Shown here one piece after another: positions 10,407 to 21,453 of a stretch of 64,000 bases of DNA. A program made the translations under genes and the position numbers. Below the pieces are notes generated by a model. It ran no database searches. It was not told the origin of the DNA and was given only the letters and a program-made list of their open reading frames with translations. Every line of letters begins with the position of its first letter. Position 1 is the stretch's first letter. Source of the stretch: Rebecca billardiae RCC1528 (Eukaryota > Protista > Haptophyta); NCBI GenBank assembly GCA_965240325.2, contig OZ251225.1, positions 3,162,001 through 3,226,000 of the forward strand, given 5' to 3'.

Positions 10407-12419
10407 ATGCGCGTCGTGTTTGTCGAGGGCCACGTGCACGTCGAGACACGCTTCAACGGTCGGCCGACGGCTGAGGTCGGCGGCGCGGTGCGGGCGCTGA
10501 TCGATGGGCTTGCGCCCACTCTTCTGGACAAGGGTGTCCTCTCGGCCAAGGCCAAATGGGTCATCTCAGGGCAGGCTGTGCAACCTGACGAGCCGACGAT
10601 CGTGCTGGGCCAGCTGCCCTCGCCCGAGCTCCTCGAGGTCGAGGGCCCGACGCTGGTGGCGGAGGCGCCGGAGGGGTACACGGCCCCGGTGTACGCGTTC
10701 GTGTTCCGACCCAAGGCCGTCGCCCTGCTCGAGATCAACGTCTCCGTCGGCGTGGGCAAGGAGGCGGCCACGCAGGCGATCGCGCTCAACACGGTCGGCG
10801 AGGGCGGTCTCAAGGAGCGGCCGCAGGAGATGCTCGAGCGGCTTGTGGACGCGCTCGACGTGGCCGGGCTGCGCGCGATGCTGCTGGGCGAGGCGCCCGC
10901 CGCCGCGGCCGCGGAGGAGGACGACGCCTCGGACGACGAGCAGCCCAACTCCCCCGCCGCCGAGGAGCAGCTCGACGTGTCCGAGCTGCAGTGGGAGCAC
11001 AGCCAGACGGGCGAGAGCCTCGTGCGCGCCGCGCTCTTGCGCGAGGGCGCGAGCGCGGAGGCGCGCCGGGCGGTCGCGGGCGTGCTGCTCGAGGCGGGGG
11101 CGAGGGTGTCCGCCGAGCACGCGGGCTCGAAGCCCGACTCGCCGCCCTCGCCGCTCCACCTCGCCGTCGCCCGCTCGGAGCGCGCGCTGGTCGAGCTGAT
11201 GCTCGCGCACGGCGTGGACTTCCCCGTCAACGCGACGTGCATCTGGGAAGGGCGGCGGTGCATCACGCCGCTGCACCTCGCGTGCGCGCGCGCGGACGCG
11301 GAGGCGGCGCTGCTGCTGCTCGACGCCAGGGCCAACGTGAACTGGTCGGGCGCCGACGGCCGTGCGGGCGGCGTCACGCCCCTCGCCCTCGCTATCCAGT
11401 CGGGAGATGTGCATCTCGTGCGCACGCTCGTCGAGGACAAGCAGGCAGACGTGCGGCTGGCGACCAACGACCCGGAGTGCGCGCGCCGCCCGCGCGCGCG
11501 CGCGCCCGTGGCCGAGGCGCTGGGCGCCGGTCGGCGTGCGCGCGGCCGGGGTGCGCGACACGGCGCGTCGTGCGCTGACGAGCCCTTCGCCCGCCCCCTC
11601 GCGCGCGCGCGAAGCTTCTCCGCCATCGGCATCGCCGGCCGCAGCTCGGGCGGCGCCCCGATGGTGGAGCTACTCACATCGTACCCGCGCGCGGTGAGCC
11701 AGCTGTGCTACTCGCGCACGCCTGCCAAGCCGCTCGACGAGGTGATGGTGACGGCGTGCGCGCGCGGCTGGGTGCTGGTCGTGCGAGAGCTCATGCGGCG
11801 CGGCGTCGACGTGCGCACATTCAAGCATCCGGTGCGTGCCCTGCGGCGCGCGCGCGTGCGCACTTCCTGCGTGCTGCACCGAGCGCCACGCGCGGGCGGT
11901 CCGCGGCGCGCGGCACCGGCCTGTGCCATCGCCCCCACTTCGCTCACCCGGGCTGCCCTGACGCGGCCGCCGGGCGTGCAGGACAAGCGCACGCTGCTGA
12001 TCGACGCGGTGCTCAACGGGCACGTGGAGACGGCGCGCGCACTCCTCGAGGCCGGCGTCAACCCGAACGACTCGGGGCCGGCGAGCAAGCTCACACCGAT
12101 CACGGCAGCCGCGTGCCTGGCTGACCCGGTGGCGAGCCGGCGGCTCGTGCACATGCTGCGTGCCGCAGGTGCGGACGCCGCGCGACACGACGGCAACAAC
12201 AGGCAAGCCCTCGAGTACGCCAAGCGCCTCGAGGGCCCCAACCGCGAGCGCTCCGAGCGCATCGTTGCCGACCTCGAAGGCGAGCTGCCGGAGCCGAAGC
12301 TCCCGCAGTTCTGGACCTCGGCCGTCGACCCTGACATCGGCAAGACCTACTACTACCACGTGCTCAGCAAGAAGGTGCAATGGGAGATGCCGACGGAGGA
12401 TCCATGGGAATTGCCATGA
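10407..12419 (+). CDS. Ankyrin-repeat protein with C-terminal WW domain; introns 11477-11614 and 11832-11981
   Basis: Ankyrin motifs SPLHLAV, TPLHLAC, TPLALAI, TLLIDAV; WW domain WTSAVDPDIGKTYYYHVLSKKVQWEMP; two in-frame GT-AG introns. Confidence 0.85.
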   Translation: MRVVFVEGHVHVETRFNGRPTAEVGGAVRALIDGLAPTLLDKGVLSAKAKWVISGQAVQPDEPTIVLGQLPSPELLEVEGPTLVAEAPEGYTAPVYAFVFRPKAVALLEINVSVGVGKEAATQAIALNTVGEGGLKERPQEMLERLVDALDVAGLRAMLLGEAPAAAAAEEDDASDDEQPNSPAAEEQLDVSELQWEHSQTGESLVRAALLREGASAEARRAVAGVLLEAGARVSAEHAGSKPDSPPSPLHLAVARSERALVELMLAHGVDFPVNATCIWEGRRCITPLHLACARADAEAALLLLDARANVNWSGADGRAGGVTPLALAIQSGDVHLVRTLVEDKQADVRLATNDPECARRPRARAPVAEALGAGRRARGRGARHGASCADEPFARPLARARSFSAIGIAGRSSGGAPMVELLTSYPRAVSQLCYSRTPAKPLDEVMVTACARGWVLVVRELMRRGVDVRTFKHPVRALRRARVRTSCVLHRAPRAGGPRRAAPACAIAPTSLTRAALTRPPGVQDKRTLLIDAVLNGHVETARALLEAGVNPNDSGPASKLTPITAAACLADPVASRRLVHMLRAAGADAARHDGNNRQALEYAKRLEGPNRERSERIVADLEGELPEPKLPQFWTSAVDPDIGKTYYYHVLSKKVQWEMPTEDPWELP

Positions 12420-13211
12420 GCAGTGAGCGCATGCCACCCGCCCCATAATTTCAGGCTGTGGCTGATGTGGCCTGTGCGCATGCTGACAACGAAGAAATGA
12501 TCATCATGATAGCTATACTGCTTATATTACTGCACGCTGCGCAGTGTCGTATTCGGACGATGCCAGTTTATTTCGATGATGATGATGACATCAGTCATCA
12601 ATTTATTGATGAGTGATCGAACTGATCGATCTTAATGCTACTAGCTGCTTATTTTATTTTCGGTCCGCGGCGTCTCTGCCCGACTCTGGCTCTCTCTCCG
12701 CTCAGGGCTAGACTCTCTATAGCCATAGTAGCTCTAGCAGCAGCGATGTGGCCCTAATATAACGGCTAGGCAGCTAGTAGCTAGCAGCAGCGACGTTACC
12801 ACTAGGCTACACTAGCTAGAGGCACTAGCTCAGGCAGCGGTCATCTAGCTCTCTCTCGCTCGCGGTCTCTCTAGCTACGTGTGTTCCAGAATCCAGTCGA
12901 GATCTCTCTCTCACGATTCTGATCTCTCACTGGCGGCGATCGTCTGACGTCTCGCGAAGGCGATCTCTCTCTCTGTCTAAGACTCTGACTCTCTCTCTCG
13001 CTAGTCGCTGAGATGGCTCTCGATCTCCGTCTCTCGGACTCTACTAGCTTACTCTGAGAGTAGCCTCTTAGTTAGTAGTCTCAGTGACTCTTTATTTGGA
13101 GTAGTCGGACTCTGCCTCTGGTCCTGGAGTCCGTCTGGTCTGGACCGTCTAGCTTATGTCTGAGTAGTATGACGAACTCGACAGTAGTCACGTATACAGT
13201 ATACGTAGCTG

Positions 13212-13723
13212 AGCTGGCTCTGGCTCCGGTTGACCCCTGCCAGTCCGGTCGTAGAAACCGGGCGTACCGAAAATGATCTTATTCGCATTCCTTCGGCCGA
13301 ATGAACGCCCGAAGTGTCCCACAGGGCCCCAAGTAGGGTTGCTATGAATGGCCAATAAGTGCCCAGGGTGTGAAACTCAGTTTGTGACTACTTCAGACTC
13401 TATTTTCATAGCCGTATTTACCCAGTCCGGTGAAATACTTCCAATAGCTACGGGTGCATCCGGATCGCTCCCGGATCGTGTTCTGACCAGAGTCTGAAAA
13501 TGGGTAGATACTAGATACATAGTAAAAATAGAGTCTGAACTATAGAGGAAGTGCTTGTTGGCCCAATATCGGATTATCGCTCTGAAGTCATCATCATCAT
13601 CTAGGCATCATCCAATATCCATTGAGGTCCTCCTGCGGTGCAGTTTTCGTCACGAGTGACTTCATGACGAAGGAGCTCACAGTGCCCGTCTCTGGCAGGG
13701 GTCAACCGAAGCCAGAGCCAGCT
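13212..13723. mobile_element. MITE-like element with ~31-bp TIRs
   Basis: AGCTGGCTCTGGCTCCGGTTGACCCCTGCCA matches the reverse complement of 13693-13723 with 1 mismatch. Inner inverted pair TTCAGACTCTATTTT/AAAATAGAGTCTGAA. No clear TSD. Confidence 0.7.
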
Positions 13724-14154
13724 GCGCTATCTATATATCCGCCAATCAGGCCGTGGCTCGTCTGACCGTCTCGCCACGGACTATCTGACGAGTGGCTGGG
13801 TCTAGCTCTGCTCTCTCGGGCACGGCTGAGTGACCCGAGCCGGCGACTTCGGACTTATTCGGCCGAGTCGTCGTATACTCGTATATATCACTATATATAT
13901 ATGTTTAAAAATCAATGCGGATGATGGCGATATGCGATTTTGCAATAACTAGTTATTCAACATAAGACCGCAATTTTTCAACTACGAATAAGTCGGACGG
14001 ACTCGCCATCCACTGCTGGCTGCTTGCCAGTCAGCAGCCTGGCAGTCGCCAGGGCTTCACGAGGCCCGCAGGGCGCCAAACAGTGGCCACCAGCCGCCAC
14101 GTGGGACCGCCCTGCCCACGGACGGCCAGGCGGCGGACGCAGCTCTGCTTGATC

Positions 14155-15036
14155 TCACAGCTCCTCCTTGCCCTTGCCCTTGCCCTTGCCCTTGCCCTTG
14201 CGCGAGCCCTTTCCCACCGCGCTGGTCTCGAGGAAATTGAGACCGATCTGCAATCCGAGCGCGTGGCGCGCAGCAAAGTCGCGAGCTTTGTAGTGCAGGC
14301 GCTCAGCCACAGCACGCCGCCCAATGTGCACGTCCTCCTCTTCCAGGCGAAGCGGGCCGTCAGGTTGTTCCCACAGGATGAAGGTGACGCGATGCTCCCC
14401 GAGACACAGCTCGTCGGCGTCGTCGCATGGCTGCGGCGCGGGCGGTGCGTACTCAACGAGCGTCTTGCCACGCGCAGTGGCGTTGGCAGGAATGTCGTGC
14501 ACAAGCCATAGGACGCTGTGGCGTCCACGAGCGCGATGCGCGGCGCGTGGGGATGCAACACCGGAATCAGCACAGCGGGTAGCGGTGCGATGGATCAGCG
14601 CAGGCGCGCGCGGTCGCCGATTGGGGTCGGCCACGCACCGTTCGCGGTCGGTTGGTCTGTCGCGAAAGGGCACGTCCGGATCAACCGCCATGAGCGTGTG
14701 CAGTGTGTGCTCGTCACGGTCGGGCTCAAGGTCGAATGCAACGGAAGGACTGCTGGTTAGCAGCGTCGGAGAGATGTGGGCGCCGTACTGCACTGCGTGC
14801 GTTCCCCCTGCGCCACCGTATTCGATACGCAACTCGGTCATGGCGACGTACGTTCCGATGACGTCAGGGATGACCTCCGAGTAGAGGAAGTGCGAGTACG
14901 GATAGTTGTAGTCGCGCGGGTCGTGATCGGGGTAGGCGCAGCAGGCGGGGTCGACTTTCGGATCCCATTTGGCGCTGCGCGCACAGCACGCCCACAGGAA
15001 GACCAATGCCACACGCATCGCGCGCGATGCCGCCAT
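14155..15036 (-). CDS. PEBP-family protein with signal peptide and C-terminal KEEL; intron 14516-14638
   Basis: TLMAVDPDVP...DRER|VLWLVHDIP, YAPPAP and GEHRVTFILWEQ are PEBP motifs; the N-terminus is a hydrophobic signal. Confidence 0.85.
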   Translation of the reverse strand: MAASRAMRVALVFLWACCARSAKWDPKVDPACCAYPDHDPRDYNYPYSHFLYSEVIPDVIGTYVAMTELRIEYGGAGGTHAVQYGAHISPTLLTSSPSVAFDLEPDRDEHTLHTLMAVDPDVPFRDRPTDRERCVADPNRRPRAPALIHRTATRCADSGVASPRAAHRARGRHSVLWLVHDIPANATARGKTLVEYAPPAPQPCDDADELCLGEHRVTFILWEQPDGPLRLEEEDVHIGRRAVAERLHYKARDFAARHALGLQIGLNFLETSAVGKGSRKGKGKGKGKGKEEL

Positions 15037-15162
15037 CCTGGCGCGCCCGAACCTGATTTACCTGATTTTCGCGACAATGGAATACTTTGCCCGCGCTCAA
15101 CGGTGCTCACGAACGCGGCACGCCACAGTGGGCCACACACGTGGGCCGCCGCCGCCATCATC

Positions 15163-15969
15163 ATGGATCGCGACTACGGCTCCAAGCCGGGGTCGGGTGG
15201 CGTCGTCTCGTCGCAGCAGGCGAGTGTCGACCGCAAGGAGCGCCTACGGCAGCTCGCCCTGCACACGCTTGATATCAGCAAAGACCCGTACCTGCTGAGA
15301 AATCACCTCGGCTCGTACGAGTGCAAGCTCTGCCTCACGCTGCACAACAATGAGGGCAACTACTTGGCACACACGCAGGGTAAGAGGCACCAAGAAAACG
15401 TCGCGCGAAGGCTCGCCCGTGAGGCTCGCGATAACCCCGTGCTGCCCCTCGCGAACAAGAAGAAGGTGGGCGTGAGGCGAACCGTGAAGATCGGCAGGCC
15501 TGGCTACCGCGTGACCAAGCAGATGGAGCCCGAGACGCGACAGCGCAGCTTGCTCTTCGAGGTGTGTGCGCACGCGCGCGGCCGGTAGTTGTGCCCGAGG
15601 GATGTCCGAGCCATCGCCCTCTTACTAAGAGCTGACGCGGCCCCCACCACGTGCGCCTTTCGCACACAGGTTGACTACCCCGAGATCGAGGAGGGCATGC
15701 AGCCGCGGCACCGCTTCATGTCCGCGTACGAACAAAAGGTGGAGGCGCCAGACAAGGACTTCCAGTACATTCTGTTCGCCGCCGAGCCTTACGAGACCAT
15801 CGCCTTCAAGGTGCCGAACCTCGAGCTCGACAAGTCAGAGGGCAAATTCTCGAGCACGTGGGATGAGGAGAAGAAGGTCTTTTCGGTGCAGATGTTCTTC
15901 AAGGACAAGGGGCAGGGGCACGGTGCTGGGCCAGCCGCCGCGGCGAAGGCTGCTCCCGCGCCACAGTGA
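15163..15969 (+). CDS. SF3A2: Splicing factor 3A subunit 2 (SF3a66/Prp11); intron 15562-15669
   Basis: RKERLRQLAL..DISKDPY..NHLGSYECKLCLTLHNNEGNYLAHTQGKRH; KIGRPGYRVTK; PRHRFMSAYEQKVE. Confidence 0.97.
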
Positions 15970-16297
15970 GTGCCGAGCGCCAAGCTCGGGCGCGCCTGGG
16001 CTGCGAGGCGAGTCGCGTGAGTCCCTTAACGAGTGTAAGACCAGTTGGGCCCCGCGAGTCCGGAGTCAGTGCCGTCCCGGAACCCCTACGGTCGCGGGGG
16101 ACGCGTCGTCGCGTCGGGCCTGCGGGGTCCCGGCCTCGCGGGCGGGCGGGCGGCGGCCCAGAGTCTCTTAGGAGAATATATATATTATTATAAGCAGCTA
16201 TATACGGTGGCCGCTGCTGGCGGCAGCGCAGTGTGTGCTACTAGCGTCGAGAAGGACATAGTAACAGTTCGCAGTGCCACAACGACGTCGGTTATTG

Positions 16298-17470
16298 TCA
16301 CCCAGTGCTGCTTGCACGGCTCGCAGACTGATCGGCAGCATTAGGCGGCTCCGGCACCGTCGTGCAGCACATCTCGTACGCAAGCGACGCACGAATCGAG
16401 AAGAGCTGGAACGTCGCACCATCCGCCCTCGACATGCCTCGGAACGGGTTGATCAGGTCCAGGATCACCGAGGCGATGCCTGCGAAGCAGCCCACCAGGC
16501 AGGTGAAGAGCACGCGCAGCTGCACGGAGTCCAGGAAGCGCAGCACCTCCTGGTCGCTCTCGATCAGGAAGAGCAGCACGATCGAGGTGGCGCAGAGCAC
16601 GAGCACGACCCAGTGCACCGTGGGAAACGTGCTCGCGAGCGCCGCGAGCCGGCGGGAGCGGTAGCCGTTGAGCGCGCGCACGCTCGCCGACTGCGCGTCG
16701 AGGATGTGCTGCGGCAGCTTGTGCCCCTCCGTCGCCTCGTACAGCGCCCCGAGCAGCCCGACGAGCTCGTTGTCGGCCACGCCGGCGCGCTCGACCGTTC
16801 GGATGCTGGTGTCCGCGCGCGACTCGGAGATGACGCGCGTGACATACCCGTGCACGTACCGGAGCAGCCGGGCGCGCAGGTCCTCGTCGATCCGCGCCTC
16901 GACCAGCTGCGCGCGCAGCACGTTGAGCTCGCACGACTCCAGGTTGATGCACTCACGCAGCTCGACCTGCCGCTGGCGGAGCTGGCCGATGGTGGTGGCG
17001 CAGAGCGTGCCCAGCACGAACGAGATGGAGGGTACCACGATCCCGTTGATCGTGGGGGTGAGGATCGCGATCTGATACGCGCCGCCGTCAACAGGGATCC
17101 ACGCCTGGTTGATCGATTCGGTCACCATGCGCGTCGCATGTGCAACGTCGTCCCAGAGGATGCCTGCACCCAAAGGGACTAGTAAGGGCGTGATGGCGAG
17201 CGCGGTGTCAAACGGCAGGGTCTTTCGCGCATTCTCGCCGGCGTCGTCCAGAATGTCATCCGAGTTCGGCAGCATACACATGTCCTCCGAGCGGTCGTCC
17301 GCGTCCGACGCGACGAGTGACGTGCGCGCAAGAGGCGCCAGCCGTCGCGACAGCATGGGATGGCGGCGCATGACTGCGGATCCAGCTAGGCTGGGCATGA
17401 CCCAGAGAAGCGCGCGCAGAGCGTCCCTGCTCGTGCGCCCGCTCGAAGCGTCCCGACGGCGACCCGGCAT
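16298..17470 (-). CDS. DUF4239/bestrophin-like membrane protein, probably plastid-targeted
   Basis: TM-helix pairs separated by a helical linker (LRQRQVELRECINLE..), C-terminal DLINPFRG, and a signal/transit-like N-terminus. The start codon is uncertain. Confidence 0.6.
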   Translation of the reverse strand: MPGRRRDASSGRTSRDALRALLWVMPSLAGSAVMRRHPMLSRRLAPLARTSLVASDADDRSEDMCMLPNSDDILDDAGENARKTLPFDTALAITPLLVPLGAGILWDDVAHATRMVTESINQAWIPVDGGAYQIAILTPTINGIVVPSISFVLGTLCATTIGQLRQRQVELRECINLESCELNVLRAQLVEARIDEDLRARLLRYVHGYVTRVISESRADTSIRTVERAGVADNELVGLLGALYEATEGHKLPQHILDAQSASVRALNGYRSRRLAALASTFPTVHWVVLVLCATSIVLLFLIESDQEVLRFLDSVQLRVLFTCLVGCFAGIASVILDLINPFRGMSRADGATFQLFSIRASLAYEMCCTTVPEPPNAADQSASRASSTG

Positions 17471-17545
17471 CACTCTCGATCGCGCCGATTCAAGCCCGCT
17501 CAGCGGGAGAACGCCAGCACCCGCGCGCGCGGTCCCGCCTGCCGG

Positions 17546-18274
17546 CTTGCAAACCAAGCCCCCCAAAGGCCTGGCTCAACGGTGACACAGGGGGTATACC
17601 CCCCTGTGTCATCCGGGAGCTTTTTGAATACAGGTTGCGCGTGCGCGGGCACTCCCGGACAGCCGCCGCCAAGAAGGCCAGCCTGCGCGCGCCCTCCTCG
17701 GTCGTCCCCCGCGGCGCGTGCGCGTCGAGGCGCATGACGGGCTTTACCGTGCACGTCGTGCCCGTGCTCGCGGCTCATGCACGCCTCACGACCGAGATGC
17801 ATGTCTTGCGCGCCCTCCTTTGGCTCGCACTGCGGTCTCCTCGCCGACAGCCTTGTGATCACGCGTGCCGCCATTTCAACCGGTTGCTGGCCTGCCAGCT
17901 GTCGAGCGTGTATTTGCAGTCTGATCGATGTGGGCATGGCTGCCGGCGAAGCAGTGATGTTGAGTACACCCCTACCCACCTCGCAGAAGCGAAAAAGCCG
18001 ACCTTTGAATGCCCCAGGGGCGCACGCGTGCCCATCACGCTCGTCGGACAGGCCTTCTCCAGAACTGCGCTTGCCATCCGGCAGGTCTCTGCGCGCGGAG
18101 AGGGCGGCGAGGGCGTCGACGAGGCGGCACGATTGCTGCCTACGGGTCTTCTAGCCCCCACAAAGTGTCCGCGCACGGCTGTCACGCCCGCATGCGGCCT
18201 TGGGAGCGCTGCGCACGCGGGCCCCCGCGTCGCCCAGTGCTCGCCATCCCGTTTTGGGGGGCTTGGTTTGCAAG
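17546..18274. mobile_element. 729-bp MITE with perfect 22-bp TIRs and 7-bp TSD
   Basis: CTTGCAAACCAAGCCCCCCAAA ... TTTGGGGGGCTTGGTTTGCAAG; CTGCCGG at 17539-17545 and 18275-18281. Confidence 0.8.
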
Positions 18275-18436
18275 CTGCCGGTGCGGCGCCGGCCAACTGG
18301 AATAAATTCGCGCAATAAAAGATGGCGGCCGTTCGATCCGTGCGTTCCCTCCATCCATATTTTTTTTACTCACGACCCGGTCGAGCCAGGTCGTCCAATC
18401 AACGACCGCGGTGGCTGGGCGGTGACGACGTCGGCA

Positions 18437-19924
18437 ATGCCGAAGGCACGCGCGCTCAGCGCGCCAGCGAAGGCGCTGCTCGGACGGCTGAGCTCCCCCG
18501 CGGCGGGGCGCGGCCTGTACGCCGTCGTTGATCCCGCGCGTCCGTTCGCCGAGCCGATCGCGCACGTGCGCGACTGCACGGAGGCGGACACGATCGCGGC
18601 TATCGACGCGGCGTCGGAGGCGCTGCCGGCGTGGAGCCGACGCACGGCGGGAGATCGGGCCAACATCCTGCACACGTGGTACGGACTGATCATGGACCGA
18701 TCGGAGGAGCTCGCCCAGTTGATGACCCTCGAGTCCGGCAAGGCGCTCTCCGAGGCGCGAAAGGAGGTCGCGTATGGCGCTGGCTTTGTGCGCTGGTTTG
18801 CCGAAGAGGCGCGGCGCGTGAAGGGCGAGATCCTCGCGGCGCCGACGCCGGACCGGCGGCTGCTCGTGCTGAGGCAGCCAGTCGGTGTCATCGGCGCGAT
18901 CACGCCGTGGAACTTTCCCAACGCGATGATTACGCGCAAGGTCGCGCCCGCGCTTGCGGCGGGCTGCACGGCGGTCGTCAAGCCGGCCGAGGCGACGCCG
19001 CTCTCGGCCCTCGCGCTCGCGGAGCTCGCGGCGGAGGCGGGGGTGCCGCCCGGCGTGATTGGCGTGGTGCCTTGCTCGCGCGACGGCGCGAAGGCCGTCG
19101 GCGGCGCGCTCTGCGCGGACTCGCGCGTGCGCCTCCTCTCGTTCACCGGCTCGACGGCCGTGGGCAAGCTGCTGCTCTCGCAGTGCGCGCCCACTGTGAA
19201 GAAGATGGGGCTCGAGCTGGGCGGGAACGCGCCATTTGTGATCTTCGACGACGCGGACTTGGACGTGGCAGTGCGCGCGCTCGTCGCCTCCAAGGTCCGC
19301 AACGCCGGCCAGGCGTGCGTCGCCACCAACCGCGTGCTCGTGCAGTCTGGCGTGTACGATGCACTCAGCGCGCGCGTCGCAGAGGCGCTCGCCGCCGAGC
19401 GTGTCGGGCACGGCCTCGACGAGGGCGTGACGATGGGCCCGCTGATCAATGTGGCCGGCCTTGACAAGTTCCACACGCACATCGACGACGCGCTCAGCCG
19501 CGGCGGCAAGCTCCGCTTCGGCGGCCCCGACCACGAGCCAGTCGCCGCGCTGCGATCGGACGGTGCGCCGTTTGCCGCGCCCACGCTGATTGAGAACACT
19601 GGCCCGGGCATGCGCTGCTGGGACGACGAGACGTTCGCGCCGCTCGTGGCGCTGACCAAGTTCGAGACGGAGGAGGAGGCGCTCGAGCTGGCGAACGACT
19701 CGGAGGTCGGCCTCGCCGGCTACTTCTGCACGCAGGACATGCGCCGCGCCTGGCGCTTCGCCGAGGCGCTCGAGGTCGGGATGATTGGCGTGAACGAGGG
19801 CATCATCTCGACCGAGGTCGCGCCGTTCGGCGGCATCAAGGAGTCGGGCCTCGGCCGCGAGGGCCACCAGGCGGGCATGGAGGAGTACCTCGAGATCAAG
19901 TACATCTGCATGGGCAACATGTAG
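18437..19924 (+). CDS. gabD: Succinate-semialdehyde dehydrogenase (ALDH5/GabD-like), intronless
   Basis: ITPWNFPNAMITRK, SFTGSTAVGK, LELGGNAPF, RNAGQACV (catalytic Cys), PFGGIKESGLGREG. Confidence 0.92.
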   Translation: MPKARALSAPAKALLGRLSSPAAGRGLYAVVDPARPFAEPIAHVRDCTEADTIAAIDAASEALPAWSRRTAGDRANILHTWYGLIMDRSEELAQLMTLESGKALSEARKEVAYGAGFVRWFAEEARRVKGEILAAPTPDRRLLVLRQPVGVIGAITPWNFPNAMITRKVAPALAAGCTAVVKPAEATPLSALALAELAAEAGVPPGVIGVVPCSRDGAKAVGGALCADSRVRLLSFTGSTAVGKLLLSQCAPTVKKMGLELGGNAPFVIFDDADLDVAVRALVASKVRNAGQACVATNRVLVQSGVYDALSARVAEALAAERVGHGLDEGVTMGPLINVAGLDKFHTHIDDALSRGGKLRFGGPDHEPVAALRSDGAPFAAPTLIENTGPGMRCWDDETFAPLVALTKFETEEEALELANDSEVGLAGYFCTQDMRRAWRFAEALEVGMIGVNEGIISTEVAPFGGIKESGLGREGHQAGMEEYLEIKYICMGNM

Positions 19925-20458
19925 CGTGGACGCCAAGCCAGCCGGCACGAGTGCCAGTCCACGTGCCACCGCCGGAGCCTCGCGCCAGTGCACGGCCACG
20001 TCATTCGTTGCCAACGACTCAACGAGTGTCGTGGTCTCGATGCTAACCTAAGCTAAGCTACCTGCGGGCTACTCATCAGACTCAGTGAGTAGTGCTGACT
20101 GATCATTCACATCATTGTCTGAGCGTCCGGTCGGACTCTGATGTGATACGTACTCATGTTACGAGACTCGTAGTCCGCCGTATTCCTGCGCTACTATTCC
20201 TGGACCTGAGTCCTGACTGGACCTGGCCCTGGGCCGTGGGCGGCGGCACGGGTCCGTGCTCGTGCGGGGCGGTGGGCCGGGTGAGCCCGCCGACGAAGCG
20301 ACTCGCTACGGGCGAATGGCCCGCGTGAGTCGCGAGCGCGAGCTCAGACTCACTCAGAGCCGCGGTGCTGATAGTTAGTTACTTAGTAGTTACCCGTACC
20401 GGCAGCTCAGCCTCCTAAGCAGTCTGAGGCTGCTCACTGCTAGACAGCCCCGAGCCTG

Positions 20459-21421
20459 TCAGATCGAGGAGAACGCGTCGGTGACGACGTCGTCCAGAGC
20501 GTGCGGCAGGACGCCAGTGAGCTGTCGCAGCGGAGTCGAGTCCATGCTGATGTCCGGCGGCGATGCAACCGCGAACTTGGACGGATCGCGTGCGGTCGCC
20601 CCGACGAGTTGGGCGTGCTCGGGTGCCACTCGCCTGGCGGCCGCGCGTGCGATGTCGACACGGGAGAGGCGGTCCGGTCCACCAAGATTGAAGACGCCCG
20701 ACCGGTCTGAGGGCCAGCCGCGCGTCACCAGAGCCTCGACGTTCGCGACAACATCTCGTACGCCTACGGCGCAGCGGAACTCGTTGTCGAATGCGTCGAA
20801 GTGCTCGCGAGCGTCGAGCTTGGCGCGCACAAACTGGAGGAAGGAGTTCTTCTTGCAGCTGCCGCGAGCCGCCGGCCCGAGGACGAGCGAGCAGCGCAGT
20901 GCGATCGCGCGGTCGGGCAGCCGGCGCAAAAGCTCGCGCTCGAAGACGAGCTTCGAGCGGCCGTATTCGTTCACGGGGTAAGGCTCGTCATCGGCTTTAT
21001 ACCAACGATCGCTCGTGGCCTTTCCCTCGTACACCTGGTCGGTCGAGAAGAAGATGACCCGGGCGGCAGGGGCGTGTGCGTCAAGCGCATCCAGCAGAGC
21101 GGTGGGCGCGTTGATGGCATTCGCCAGCTGCGGGTCCTGCTCGCACTGCGCTGGCGCCGACACAGCTGCGAGGTGCACGACGACGTCTGGGCGCGTGCGA
21201 TGCACCAGCTCGTGCACTGCGCTCGGGTCACGAAGGTCCACGGAGGAGACGCTCGCGCACTGCGGGCCAAACTCTGAGGAGAAGTGCGCGTCAGAGCCGA
21301 CGACGGCGTGAAGGACGAGACCACCGCCCGCCTCAACTGCCGCCAGGTGATCACACAGGAAGCGGCCGATGTACCCACTGGCACCAGTGACTAGCACCGC
21401 GGTGGCGGAGGCGCCGCCCAT
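20459..21421 (-). CDS. RmlD/MAT2B-like extended SDR (NAD(P)-dependent reductase)
   Basis: VLVTGASGYIG, PDVVVHLAA, FFSTDQVYEG, PVNEYGRSK. Confidence 0.85.
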   Translation of the reverse strand: MGGASATAVLVTGASGYIGRFLCDHLAAVEAGGGLVLHAVVGSDAHFSSEFGPQCASVSSVDLRDPSAVHELVHRTRPDVVVHLAAVSAPAQCEQDPQLANAINAPTALLDALDAHAPAARVIFFSTDQVYEGKATSDRWYKADDEPYPVNEYGRSKLVFERELLRRLPDRAIALRCSLVLGPAARGSCKKNSFLQFVRAKLDAREHFDAFDNEFRCAVGVRDVVANVEALVTRGWPSDRSGVFNLGGPDRLSRVDIARAAARRVAPEHAQLVGATARDPSKFAVASPPDISMDSTPLRQLTGVLPHALDDVVTDAFSSI

Positions 21422-21453
21422 CGTGCGGACAAAAGAGGGTCACACCGTTGTGG

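Noticed and set aside
18437-21421. Bacterial contamination or an HGT island suggested by intronless gabD-like and RmlD-like genes
   Set aside because: Composition matches the neighbouring intron-containing genes, and both families are widespread in eukaryotes.
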